A stretch of 64,000 nt of DNA from Patescibacteria group bacterium (GTDB lineage Bacteria; Patescibacteriota; Patescibacteriia; SG8-24; DYFX01): the NCBI GenBank assembly GCA_041659045.1, contig JBAZZB010000004.1:28129-92128 (forward strand), written 5' to 3'. The number at the start of each line of letters is the position of its first letter. The stretch's first letter is position 1. A program made the position numbers and the translations under genes. Below, one piece after another: positions 46,557-55,405 of this stretch. The notes under the pieces were generated by a model, which had not been told where the DNA came from, did no database searches, and was given only the letters and a program-made list of their open reading frames with translations.

Positions 46557-49500
46557 GATCCTCGTCGCCGCCCTGATCGCGTTCTTTATTGTTGCCAAAC
46601 CAGCGGCAGCGCAGTTTGGAATCCCTCAAGTCGTGGTTGATCCTGGAGCAAATGCGCAACTCGGTATTGCGAATGCGAACTTGGCCGCGCAAACTGCACA
46701 AGGGACGGTACAAACGACTGATACCGTCAAGCAGTCGGCATGGCAGGTGCTCAAAACGTCGTTGACGAACACTGCGGCGCTCGCGCTTTTGAACGGTGCC
46801 AATTATTTTGCGCAAAAAGTAGCATACGACGCCGCTGTCTACCTTGCTTCCGGCGGCAGTGGTCAAAAACCATTCTTCACGACAGAAGGGCTTGGTAATT
46901 ATCTTCAAAACACCGCTGCGGACGCGGCTGGCGAAGTGCTTGGCACCCTGACGTCGGATCCTGCGAGCTTTGGAAAATACGGCATCAATCTTTGTGTTCC
47001 AAAAACACCGCAGCTTGCGTTGAATTTCAAAATCGGATTCTTGAACGGTTTGCCGGGTATTCTCGGTACAGGTGGCCCAACGCCACCGACGCCGAAGTGT
47101 TCATGGGACAGCATCTCTACCAACTGGGATTCGTTTGTCAGCCAGGATTCCTCAGAGGTTTTGGATCAGGTCGGTATCATGTTCACTCCCGGCGAAAGCT
47201 CTCTTTCGGCCGCGATCGAACTCAACAACATCGCGCTCCAGCAAATCGCCGAGAAGAACCTCGAATCGTACGGCGATTATTTGGCGAACAAAGGTTTTAA
47301 ACCGGTACGCGACTTCATTTCGCGCGACATCAAAACGCCTGCCTCGACCATTGAGAAACAGCTCGATATTTCGATGGAGCAGGGCTGGAAACAAGGAGAC
47401 CGCACCGTGGCTATTACGGGCAGTGCTTTCAATAATGCCGCGTTCGGCATTCTCCCTGCGGCGCTCCAGACCTTCGCAGGCGCGCTCTCGGAACAACTCC
47501 TGAAGAAAGTCTTCACGCAAGGCTTGATTTCGGTCAGCGACCTCATGGGCAGCAACGGCGATCAGGCGCTCAGCTTCGGTGCTTCGCCGCCCGCGGGTGG
47601 ACGCGCTTCCGCAGAGCTCGCCAACGCCTCTCTTTTGACACCGAAGATTTTGTCAATCACCAATTATAACGAATTGACGGATTTTGCGACCTGTCCGACG
47701 AGCGGCAATACGACCAATCATTGCGTGATCGATACGCAGTTCTATAACGCCGTCAGCCGTGCCGATCAAGGACAAGCCATGACCGTTCGCCAGGCCGTTC
47801 AGCAAGGATTCCTGAACCGCGGTTGGCAGTTGCTTCCGCTTTCGCACCGCAAAAACCTTGAGACAACCTGTTACGGAGAAGCGTTCTGCTATTCCAATCT
47901 CGTGAAGTTGCGCCTCGCGCGCGTTCTGCCGATCGGTTGGGAAATGGCGGCCAACTCGCCGTTCAATGATGTGAATCGTCCCGTCACGCTTGGCGAAGCG
48001 ATGGATCGTTTTGAAGACTGCCCGCGCGACCCCTCCGGAGGCGTCGACGAGACGAGATTGCCCGACCCGCTGCACCCGTGGTGCCACATGGTCGATCCGG
48101 AATGGGTCTTGAAGTACCCGTCCGCCATTTGCCGCCAGCAGGCACCCGGCCCGACGCTCCTCTCGCCGCAGTCCTCAGCACGTGCTGAAAGCTGTGTGGA
48201 CGTGACCTCGTGCATTTCTCAAGATGCGTCTGGAAACTGCGTGGGCGGCTACGGCTACTGCGTCCGTGAAAAGGGTGTGTGGAAGCTTGATGCCGACGCT
48301 TGCCCCGCCCAGTACTCAAGCTGCACTGTCTACAACCGCGCTGATGGCGCGACATTTGCGTTCCTTGCGAACACGCTCGATGCGGGTCCGTGCAATTTAC
48401 AAAATGCCGGTTGCCGCCAGTACAGCCTCTCCACGAACTCAGTACCAAACGGAAGTTTTGAAGATCTTTTGGCTGGTCAGCCTCGCGACTGGACGCTTTC
48501 CGCCGGTGCGCGCCTTCATCGTTCCGGCACGCTTTCTTCGCATGGTGTAAATGCGGTCGGAGTCCTTGCTGGCAATGGTGCGAGTGTGCGGATCCCGTCC
48601 TTGATGCCTGGGAAGAGCTATGCCATTTCCGCAGGCGTCGTCCAAGAACTCGAAGGAACTTCAGCCGTTGGAACGATCCGTCTTACGTTCTTCAAAGCTG
48701 ATGGTACCCCGGTTGATACGTCGACACTCTCAACGACGTGTGAAAGCGAAAACCTCGGTCGCGCTGTTTCGCTTGATATCGCAACGACGGTTCTTGGATA
48801 TCAGAATGGCTCTTGCACGGTTACGACCCCTCCCGGTACGAATTCGGCGCTCTTGGAAATCAGTTCAAGTGCTCCTGCTGCGGGTAACCGCACGTGGTTC
48901 GATGCGCTCGGTGTCTTCGGGGAAGGATTCTCCACTTCACCCTATGACGGCATCTTCTTGAACAGCCAAGCAACGACCTGTTCCTCAGACGATGCTGGTT
49001 GCACCGAATTTGTCCGTGTTTCGACGGGGACGTTGAACTTGGTGCGCAACTCAGGCTTCGAAGAAGCAAGCACTGCGACGAACCGCGCCTTGTTCTGGAA
49101 CCTGGATCCGGCACGGTACAACCACGACACGTTCGTTGGTTCGCAAGGTGCTTCGTCCGTCACGCTCTCGCCGACGCCGGTGAGCCAGGATGTCTACGGT
49201 GTGCTCTCTGACGCTTCGTATAGCTTCTCAGTCGCCACGCGTCACTCCGGAACGGGCGCGGCACCTAACGCGCTTGCGACGATTCAGTTGTACGACACGA
49301 GTCCGACGCCTCAGGCCGTTTCACCGGTTACGGTCGATGGCTGCACGCTTTCTGGCTCATCCATGCAGCTCAATTTGGCTGTGGGGAACGAGTTCCAGAA
49401 CACGACGTGCTCGTTTACGACACCTTCCGATATCGGATACGCCAGAATCATTCTCACATCCAACTCTCCGACCGAGGACGTGTTGGCAGACGCCGTGCAA

Positions 49501-52500
49501 CTTGAACTCTCCGTTGGTGCGACCGCCTATCATGACGGCTATGCAAGTTCGGCGCAGCACGTGAACTTGAAGAAGGCTCCTGTCGGGCTCGACTGCTCTG
49601 GCGATGATCGCTCCGCTGAGTGCAGCAAGTACGCCCCTTCCTGCCGTCGCGACGAAGTCGGTTGTAACGCATACAACCCGATTGATGGCGGTACGGCTAT
49701 TACGGCAGTCACCACATCAAACGATGCTTGCCCTGTCGCCTGCGCTGGCTACGACACGTTCCGCCAGGAGCCGACGCAGTTCAACGAGTCGCGTTTCCCG
49801 CTCTTCTTGATTCCGAAGAGTGCGGAAGTTTGCACGGCCAACGAAGCAGGCTGCACCGAATTCACCAATATTGAAAAGCTCGCGCAAGGCGGCGAGTCGC
49901 GCGAATATTTCACGTACCTGCGCCTCTGCACCAAGCCGGACGATCAATCCGGTACCTACTATACGTGGGAAGGCAACGATGTGCGCGGATACCAACTCCG
50001 TTCGTGGTCGTTGCGCCGCAGCAACAGCACGTCGGTCATCAACGACTCCGACCCGACGGGTGGAACAGCGCCGTGTACGAAGCTCGCGTATGACGCAGCG
50101 GGCCAACCGCGCTGCGCCGATGACGCAGCAAGCGTTTTGGCTGCTTCCTGTACCAGAACGGACATCTCCTACAATCCCGACTGCCGCGAATTCTACGATG
50201 TTGACGGTAATATTCACTACCGCCTCTACTCGAAGACGATTCTCTCGACGGACAGCTGCCGCGAATACCGCATCACCAAGAGTTCGGAGACGGAATGCCG
50301 CGACCATGGCGGTCGCTGGCAGAACAACGAATGCCGCTACCTCGCCTACGCGCCGGAGAGCGCCTCTTGCGCTGCGACTGCTAAGGACTGCCGCGCGTAT
50401 TCCGGCAATGCTTCTCGTAACGTGCGTGTGATCGTCACGAACACCTTTGAAGTCGGAACGACGGAAGGTTGGACGGCGGCTCCAGGCGGCGGAAGCACGT
50501 CCGATGTCGTGAACAGTAACGAAGCTGTTTCGGCTGGCGGTCACTCGCTGAAAGCGACACGTGCGAACGTGACGAGCAATGTTTCTGGTCAGATCCGCAA
50601 AGGAAAATCATACCTCCTCACGTTCTGGGCTAAGGGCACAGGTGATTTGTCGGCACACTTGAGCCAAGCCGGCGATGAAAGCTTTACGTTTAATCGCACG
50701 ACCTCCACAGAATCACCAGTCAACCTGACGACGGAATGGCGCCCGTACCAGATTGGTCCGGTCGAAGCGATTAATGCTCCAGAAACAACTGAACAATTGA
50801 TCTTCGAGCGCCTCGGTGGGGGAGCGCCACTCTTCTTCCTTGATAACATCGAGCTTCGTGAGATCACTGACGATGTCTACTTGATTGAAGAATCGTGGGA
50901 GACACCGCTTGTCTGCGATCAGACGCCTTCTGGCGCTTCTTCACCGCAGTACATGCTCGGCTGCCGCGCCTACAAAGACCGAAGCAACACACAGTCGACG
51001 TTCAAGTCGTTTGAAAAACTGTGCCGCCCTGAAGCGGTCGGTTGCGAAGCTCTGTATGACACGAGGAACTCGGCGTCTCCGTTCGCGCAGACCTTCCGAG
51101 CCGTCTGTACGATCGCGGCCTCCTGTGTGCCTGGCTCTGGTTTGACGTGTCCGTGCGCTGTTGATGGCGCGACGGTCTGTCAGGTAACGAGAGGGGAGAC
51201 GAGCTGCCGGTATGACATCAACGACGATGTTCCGGCTTCACGCGTGAGCCCTACTGGCGACACCGTTCGCGTTTCTCCTGACGGCGTTGAGTATCTCGTG
51301 AACGACCTTCGCTATCGCTGCGATTCCGATGCGATCGGTTGTACCGCGATGGGCGACAAGCATATGAACAGCGCGCGCGACGCCGTTGATACTTGGAGCA
51401 CGGTGTATCTCCGCAACGTGCCGTCCGACTACGCGCGCACCCTCTGCAACGCGCCGGAACAATACTGCCAGGCCTACACGAAAAAAGCCGACGCATCGCC
51501 GGTCTTCTTCAAGGATCCTGAAGCGCGCATTTGTGAATTCCGTGATGGTGCCGCTGCGGGAAGCCGTGGTTGGTTCAAGAAGGGGACAAGCGATCCGTGC
51601 GATCCGACCTACCTTGAATCGGGTGACCGCTACGGCATCTGGAAGAACTCCGACGCGGCCTACGACGGCTGGGCGGGTGTCTGTTCTCCGCAGCACGACA
51701 TGTGTAAAGAGTTCATTGATCCGGTCGCAACGTCGTCCTCCTTCCCGAACGGAACGCCGTATTACGCGATTTTCAACGATCGCCTGGACACCAAGACGTG
51801 TCAGAACCGCGTGAGCTTGAATGAGTCGCCGTCGGGCGCGAACGCCGCTTCTGCCTGCGTCCTCTTCTGGCAGACAGATAACCTGACCAAGATCTACAGC
51901 GCTACGGCGACGTACGCCCTCTCCGATTCTCAGCGCGGTGCGCTCGTCGCTCCGCAACCAGGCGGTGCACTCAGTGATTCCAACACCATCATCCGCGTGC
52001 AACGTGATCGCCAGTGCGGCGAATGGCTTGATTGCCGCTCGCGCCGAACCGTCTTCAATGCTTCGACGGGTCAGTATCAAAACGTCTGCACGTCCTACAG
52101 CTTGTGCGCCGAATTCGAGCGTATCGGCAATACGACGCGCTGTGTCCGTTATGTCGAAAGCAGCTATTCGGGCACGACGCTCACGCCGGATATTTACTCG
52201 GCGCGCACGGTCGGATCGAAAGGTATGGATTACTCCGGTCTCGCGATTCCGAACCGCTATCCGGTGGACGAACTCGTGACCGTGAACGTTGGAGCGAGCG
52301 TTACGAAGCCGGATCTGCGACTCGTCTACGTCGGAGGCACGTGTAACGGTGCTTACGGAACATTCTGCGGTCCGGCTGATGACCAAGGCAGTTGCTTGGG
52401 TCCGGCTGGCAGCAGATTGTGTGTGCACCCGATCGACGGAGGTCGCCTCATTACATCAGAAGCACAGCTCAACCAACCGCAAATCGTCTCCGGTTATCCC

Positions 52501-55401
52501 GGTGCTTCTTGCCGCGCGTATCCGCAGGAGAACGCGCCGTTCCCGTCAAAAGTTGCCGATCCGAATGGCTGGGATTACGAGGCGGCTGAACTCAATGGCG
52601 GTAACCCCGTCCTGATCAGCCCGAGTCCGAGCTTCGCTGGCGCGAATGTCTGTCAGCGCCGTTTGGTGAACGGTGTCGAAGTATCGAGTTGTGAATGCAA
52701 CTACTTGGTCGCGAACTACGGTTCCGATAAGAAATATTTCCCAGCGGGCAGTTCGGATATCCCGAGCGGGTACTGCACTGGCGGCTTGTATGCCGGATAT
52801 GAGTGCGATCCTCTTGCTTCGGGTGCACGTTCACTCAACAATCCTTCCTGCTGCAGCAAGACCGCTGACAGTTCTTCTGGATTGCTTGCGAGCGGTTGCA
52901 ATGACGGCGCGCAGTGTATTCGTGTCAAAAAAGTGGATCGCGTGGTCGGCTATGAGGGTCAGTGTCTTGAGCGCGACATGACGCGCCCGATTAATGGCAC
53001 GTCCGACCAGTACGCGTGTTTGACCTGGCGCCCAGTTGGTCTGATCGGCGGCTCTCGCGACATCTACAACCAGAATCAGTCTGCGGGTTACTTCGCTTCC
53101 GCTGACCGCCGCTTCTACTGCGTTGGTGACCAACCGGCTTGGACGACGCATCTGGACATCAATACGACAGAGGACTTCGACAGCCGTGACAACATTGATG
53201 GCACGCTTGTTGGTCCGTACGACCAGTACACCAATAAGTTCTTTGGCACCGGTAAGGTCACGAATGGTTCATCGTCTGCAACTTGGCGCGCCGATTGTCA
53301 GAAAGCCGGTCCGGGGCAGTGGTGCCAGTGGCCGGGTATTTCTCGAGGTTCGCACGCGCCGCAATTGCGAGGTGACGGAACTGCGGTGAATTGTACGAGT
53401 GATAGCGATTGCTCGACGAACTACTACTGTAACGGGGACGCGACGACGTCTGATCGCAGCTGTGTTGCAGTCGCGGCGACGTATCACATCAATACGGAGG
53501 CCGTTGGTATTCTTGGTTGCTATGAAGTGGCCGACGAAGGTTCGGTCGACATGACCTACATCGACTTCCCATACATCGGCCCTCCGCTCTATCAGCAGCA
53601 GCTGAAGAGCATCTACTTCCAGGTTACTGACGATATCTACGACTACATCGCTCCGTTGCAGCCGGGCGAAATTCAGGTTCCGGATGACGCTACTGGCTCG
53701 ACGTATGATTTGTCGAAGATCGCTACGAACCCACACCAGAACATTATTGGCGACTGCAACGACGAAACTGACGACAACATTGATAATGAGGATAACGACG
53801 GTATCGATTCGGCCCCCGTTTCAGAGGCAGAAGTGGTCAGTTCGGATGCCGCGCGCAGTAAGAGTGTTTTCCACCTGAACGACACGAACAGCTGGAAAGT
53901 CGATCCTTCTGATGGCGAAGGAACTATTCTGCTTGCAGCCGCGTTCGACTCGAACGGTCTTCTGAAAACCATTCGCGTCGCCGCAAGCGATTCGGGCGAT
54001 GAAGGATCCTTCGGTATCAAGAGTATGGGCTTCCAGTTCAAGCCCGGTTGCGAACAGATCGCGCAGGTCGATCAACCTGGCGAGTTTGGCGCGACGGCGG
54101 CTTTCACGGATGTGGTCAATAACTTCCGAACCTTTGGAGGCTTTGGAGGAGAAACTGATATGTCTGGTCAAGCGTGGCAGCATGAATACGCTTGCAAGCC
54201 GTATGGTGCGATCGGTGCGATCTCGCAACCTCCTCCGAATAAACCGTGGACGTATGTTGCGGCGCGTCTCGCGACTGATGCTGAGCAGTGCACGGTGACG
54301 GACTTCACGAGGGGTGCAAATTACTCACTCGATATCCCCGCGGATTTCCTCGACACAGACTCGTTGCGACGACTCTTCCGCAAGGTCTACGCCGTGTGGG
54401 ACTACGTAAAGCTGAACTTCACGGCGGGCGGCAACACGTACACGTCGGTACCAAACCTGGCTGGCGACGCGTACTACAACGAAACGGGCACGGTTGATCC
54501 TACGACGCTCATGAACCGCAATGGTGCGGGAGCAATCTTCGGCAAAGTCTGGTATCCGCCGATCGTGGCTGCCGTCGATACGAGTAACTGCGATTCGAAC
54601 GGACGCTGTAAGATCTCGCGTACCAACGCATTGACGGTCAATGGCAAGTCGCAAGGTCTCTTGCTCGGCGCGGACGGCTCACTCAGCGTAACGGCCAAGT
54701 TCTACGCTTGGGCCTCGCACAACTCGATGCCGATTCTCCAGCGCACGGTGCTCTGGGGCGACTACACTGCGAAAGAACCGCCTGCGAAGGGCTGGTACAA
54801 AAACCAGAAACCGTTCTGCTCGCCGGATATTTCCGACGCGAACGCGGTAGGCGAGTGTTCGACCAACGGTATGACTTGCGATACGGACGCTGATTGTCTC
54901 GGTTCCGGCACGTGTGGCAAGGGTATCGGCAATCACTTCGGCAATACCCCGGGTGCCTGTAACGCGGGTACGTTCCAGTTCGACCATACCTACACCTGCA
55001 CGCTCCGTGATCTGCAAACGATGGCAGCGTGCACGGGTCCTGGCGATGCCGCTGACAACGCGCCGTGCTATCGCGTGCTCGACGGCGCTCCGACCTGCGT
55101 CTACCGACCGAAAGTTCAGGTCGTCGACAACTGGGGTTGGTGCAACTGTACTGGTGATGGTTGCGCGTACACGCTTAGCAACAACGGCGCGTATCGCGAA
55201 GGTTGCTCGTTGACGAACCCTCCGGCAAACGCAAAACCGTGGACCGAGTATGTCGGCGAAATCCGTCTTGCGCCTCGCGCCCAGGACGCGGCTGCCTTCG
55301 TTCCTGGTGGCGGCGGTCCTGGCGGGGGAGGAGGCGGCGGCTCGTTCGATCCTAGCGTCCTTGAACAGATCTTGAGCGGTGGCGGAATGTTCAGTCTTTG
55401 A
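46534..55401 (+). CDS. Giant Cys-rich secreted protein (2955 aa) with CBM-like modules
   Basis: Signal peptide ending PAAA-Q; NGSFE, NLVRNSGFE, NTFE..T.EGW modules; recurrent C-x5-GC; uninterrupted ORF. Confidence 0.88.
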   Translation: MPTRTPTKILVAALIAFFIVAKPAAAQFGIPQVVVDPGANAQLGIANANLAAQTAQGTVQTTDTVKQSAWQVLKTSLTNTAALALLNGANYFAQKVAYDAAVYLASGGSGQKPFFTTEGLGNYLQNTAADAAGEVLGTLTSDPASFGKYGINLCVPKTPQLALNFKIGFLNGLPGILGTGGPTPPTPKCSWDSISTNWDSFVSQDSSEVLDQVGIMFTPGESSLSAAIELNNIALQQIAEKNLESYGDYLANKGFKPVRDFISRDIKTPASTIEKQLDISMEQGWKQGDRTVAITGSAFNNAAFGILPAALQTFAGALSEQLLKKVFTQGLISVSDLMGSNGDQALSFGASPPAGGRASAELANASLLTPKILSITNYNELTDFATCPTSGNTTNHCVIDTQFYNAVSRADQGQAMTVRQAVQQGFLNRGWQLLPLSHRKNLETTCYGEAFCYSNLVKLRLARVLPIGWEMAANSPFNDVNRPVTLGEAMDRFEDCPRDPSGGVDETRLPDPLHPWCHMVDPEWVLKYPSAICRQQAPGPTLLSPQSSARAESCVDVTSCISQDASGNCVGGYGYCVREKGVWKLDADACPAQYSSCTVYNRADGATFAFLANTLDAGPCNLQNAGCRQYSLSTNSVPNGSFEDLLAGQPRDWTLSAGARLHRSGTLSSHGVNAVGVLAGNGASVRIPSLMPGKSYAISAGVVQELEGTSAVGTIRLTFFKADGTPVDTSTLSTTCESENLGRAVSLDIATTVLGYQNGSCTVTTPPGTNSALLEISSSAPAAGNRTWFDALGVFGEGFSTSPYDGIFLNSQATTCSSDDAGCTEFVRVSTGTLNLVRNSGFEEASTATNRALFWNLDPARYNHDTFVGSQGASSVTLSPTPVSQDVYGVLSDASYSFSVATRHSGTGAAPNALATIQLYDTSPTPQAVSPVTVDGCTLSGSSMQLNLAVGNEFQNTTCSFTTPSDIGYARIILTSNSPTEDVLADAVQLELSVGATAYHDGYASSAQHVNLKKAPVGLDCSGDDRSAECSKYAPSCRRDEVGCNAYNPIDGGTAITAVTTSNDACPVACAGYDTFRQEPTQFNESRFPLFLIPKSAEVCTANEAGCTEFTNIEKLAQGGESREYFTYLRLCTKPDDQSGTYYTWEGNDVRGYQLRSWSLRRSNSTSVINDSDPTGGTAPCTKLAYDAAGQPRCADDAASVLAASCTRTDISYNPDCREFYDVDGNIHYRLYSKTILSTDSCREYRITKSSETECRDHGGRWQNNECRYLAYAPESASCAATAKDCRAYSGNASRNVRVIVTNTFEVGTTEGWTAAPGGGSTSDVVNSNEAVSAGGHSLKATRANVTSNVSGQIRKGKSYLLTFWAKGTGDLSAHLSQAGDESFTFNRTTSTESPVNLTTEWRPYQIGPVEAINAPETTEQLIFERLGGGAPLFFLDNIELREITDDVYLIEESWETPLVCDQTPSGASSPQYMLGCRAYKDRSNTQSTFKSFEKLCRPEAVGCEALYDTRNSASPFAQTFRAVCTIAASCVPGSGLTCPCAVDGATVCQVTRGETSCRYDINDDVPASRVSPTGDTVRVSPDGVEYLVNDLRYRCDSDAIGCTAMGDKHMNSARDAVDTWSTVYLRNVPSDYARTLCNAPEQYCQAYTKKADASPVFFKDPEARICEFRDGAAAGSRGWFKKGTSDPCDPTYLESGDRYGIWKNSDAAYDGWAGVCSPQHDMCKEFIDPVATSSSFPNGTPYYAIFNDRLDTKTCQNRVSLNESPSGANAASACVLFWQTDNLTKIYSATATYALSDSQRGALVAPQPGGALSDSNTIIRVQRDRQCGEWLDCRSRRTVFNASTGQYQNVCTSYSLCAEFERIGNTTRCVRYVESSYSGTTLTPDIYSARTVGSKGMDYSGLAIPNRYPVDELVTVNVGASVTKPDLRLVYVGGTCNGAYGTFCGPADDQGSCLGPAGSRLCVHPIDGGRLITSEAQLNQPQIVSGYPGASCRAYPQENAPFPSKVADPNGWDYEAAELNGGNPVLISPSPSFAGANVCQRRLVNGVEVSSCECNYLVANYGSDKKYFPAGSSDIPSGYCTGGLYAGYECDPLASGARSLNNPSCCSKTADSSSGLLASGCNDGAQCIRVKKVDRVVGYEGQCLERDMTRPINGTSDQYACLTWRPVGLIGGSRDIYNQNQSAGYFASADRRFYCVGDQPAWTTHLDINTTEDFDSRDNIDGTLVGPYDQYTNKFFGTGKVTNGSSSATWRADCQKAGPGQWCQWPGISRGSHAPQLRGDGTAVNCTSDSDCSTNYYCNGDATTSDRSCVAVAATYHINTEAVGILGCYEVADEGSVDMTYIDFPYIGPPLYQQQLKSIYFQVTDDIYDYIAPLQPGEIQVPDDATGSTYDLSKIATNPHQNIIGDCNDETDDNIDNEDNDGIDSAPVSEAEVVSSDAARSKSVFHLNDTNSWKVDPSDGEGTILLAAAFDSNGLLKTIRVAASDSGDEGSFGIKSMGFQFKPGCEQIAQVDQPGEFGATAAFTDVVNNFRTFGGFGGETDMSGQAWQHEYACKPYGAIGAISQPPPNKPWTYVAARLATDAEQCTVTDFTRGANYSLDIPADFLDTDSLRRLFRKVYAVWDYVKLNFTAGGNTYTSVPNLAGDAYYNETGTVDPTTLMNRNGAGAIFGKVWYPPIVAAVDTSNCDSNGRCKISRTNALTVNGKSQGLLLGADGSLSVTAKFYAWASHNSMPILQRTVLWGDYTAKEPPAKGWYKNQKPFCSPDISDANAVGECSTNGMTCDTDADCLGSGTCGKGIGNHFGNTPGACNAGTFQFDHTYTCTLRDLQTMAACTGPGDAADNAPCYRVLDGAPTCVYRPKVQVVDNWGWCNCTGDGCAYTLSNNGAYREGCSLTNPPANAKPWTEYVGEIRLAPRAQDAAAFVPGGGGPGGGGGGGSFDPSVLEQILSGGGMFSL

Positions 55402-55405
55402 TTCT

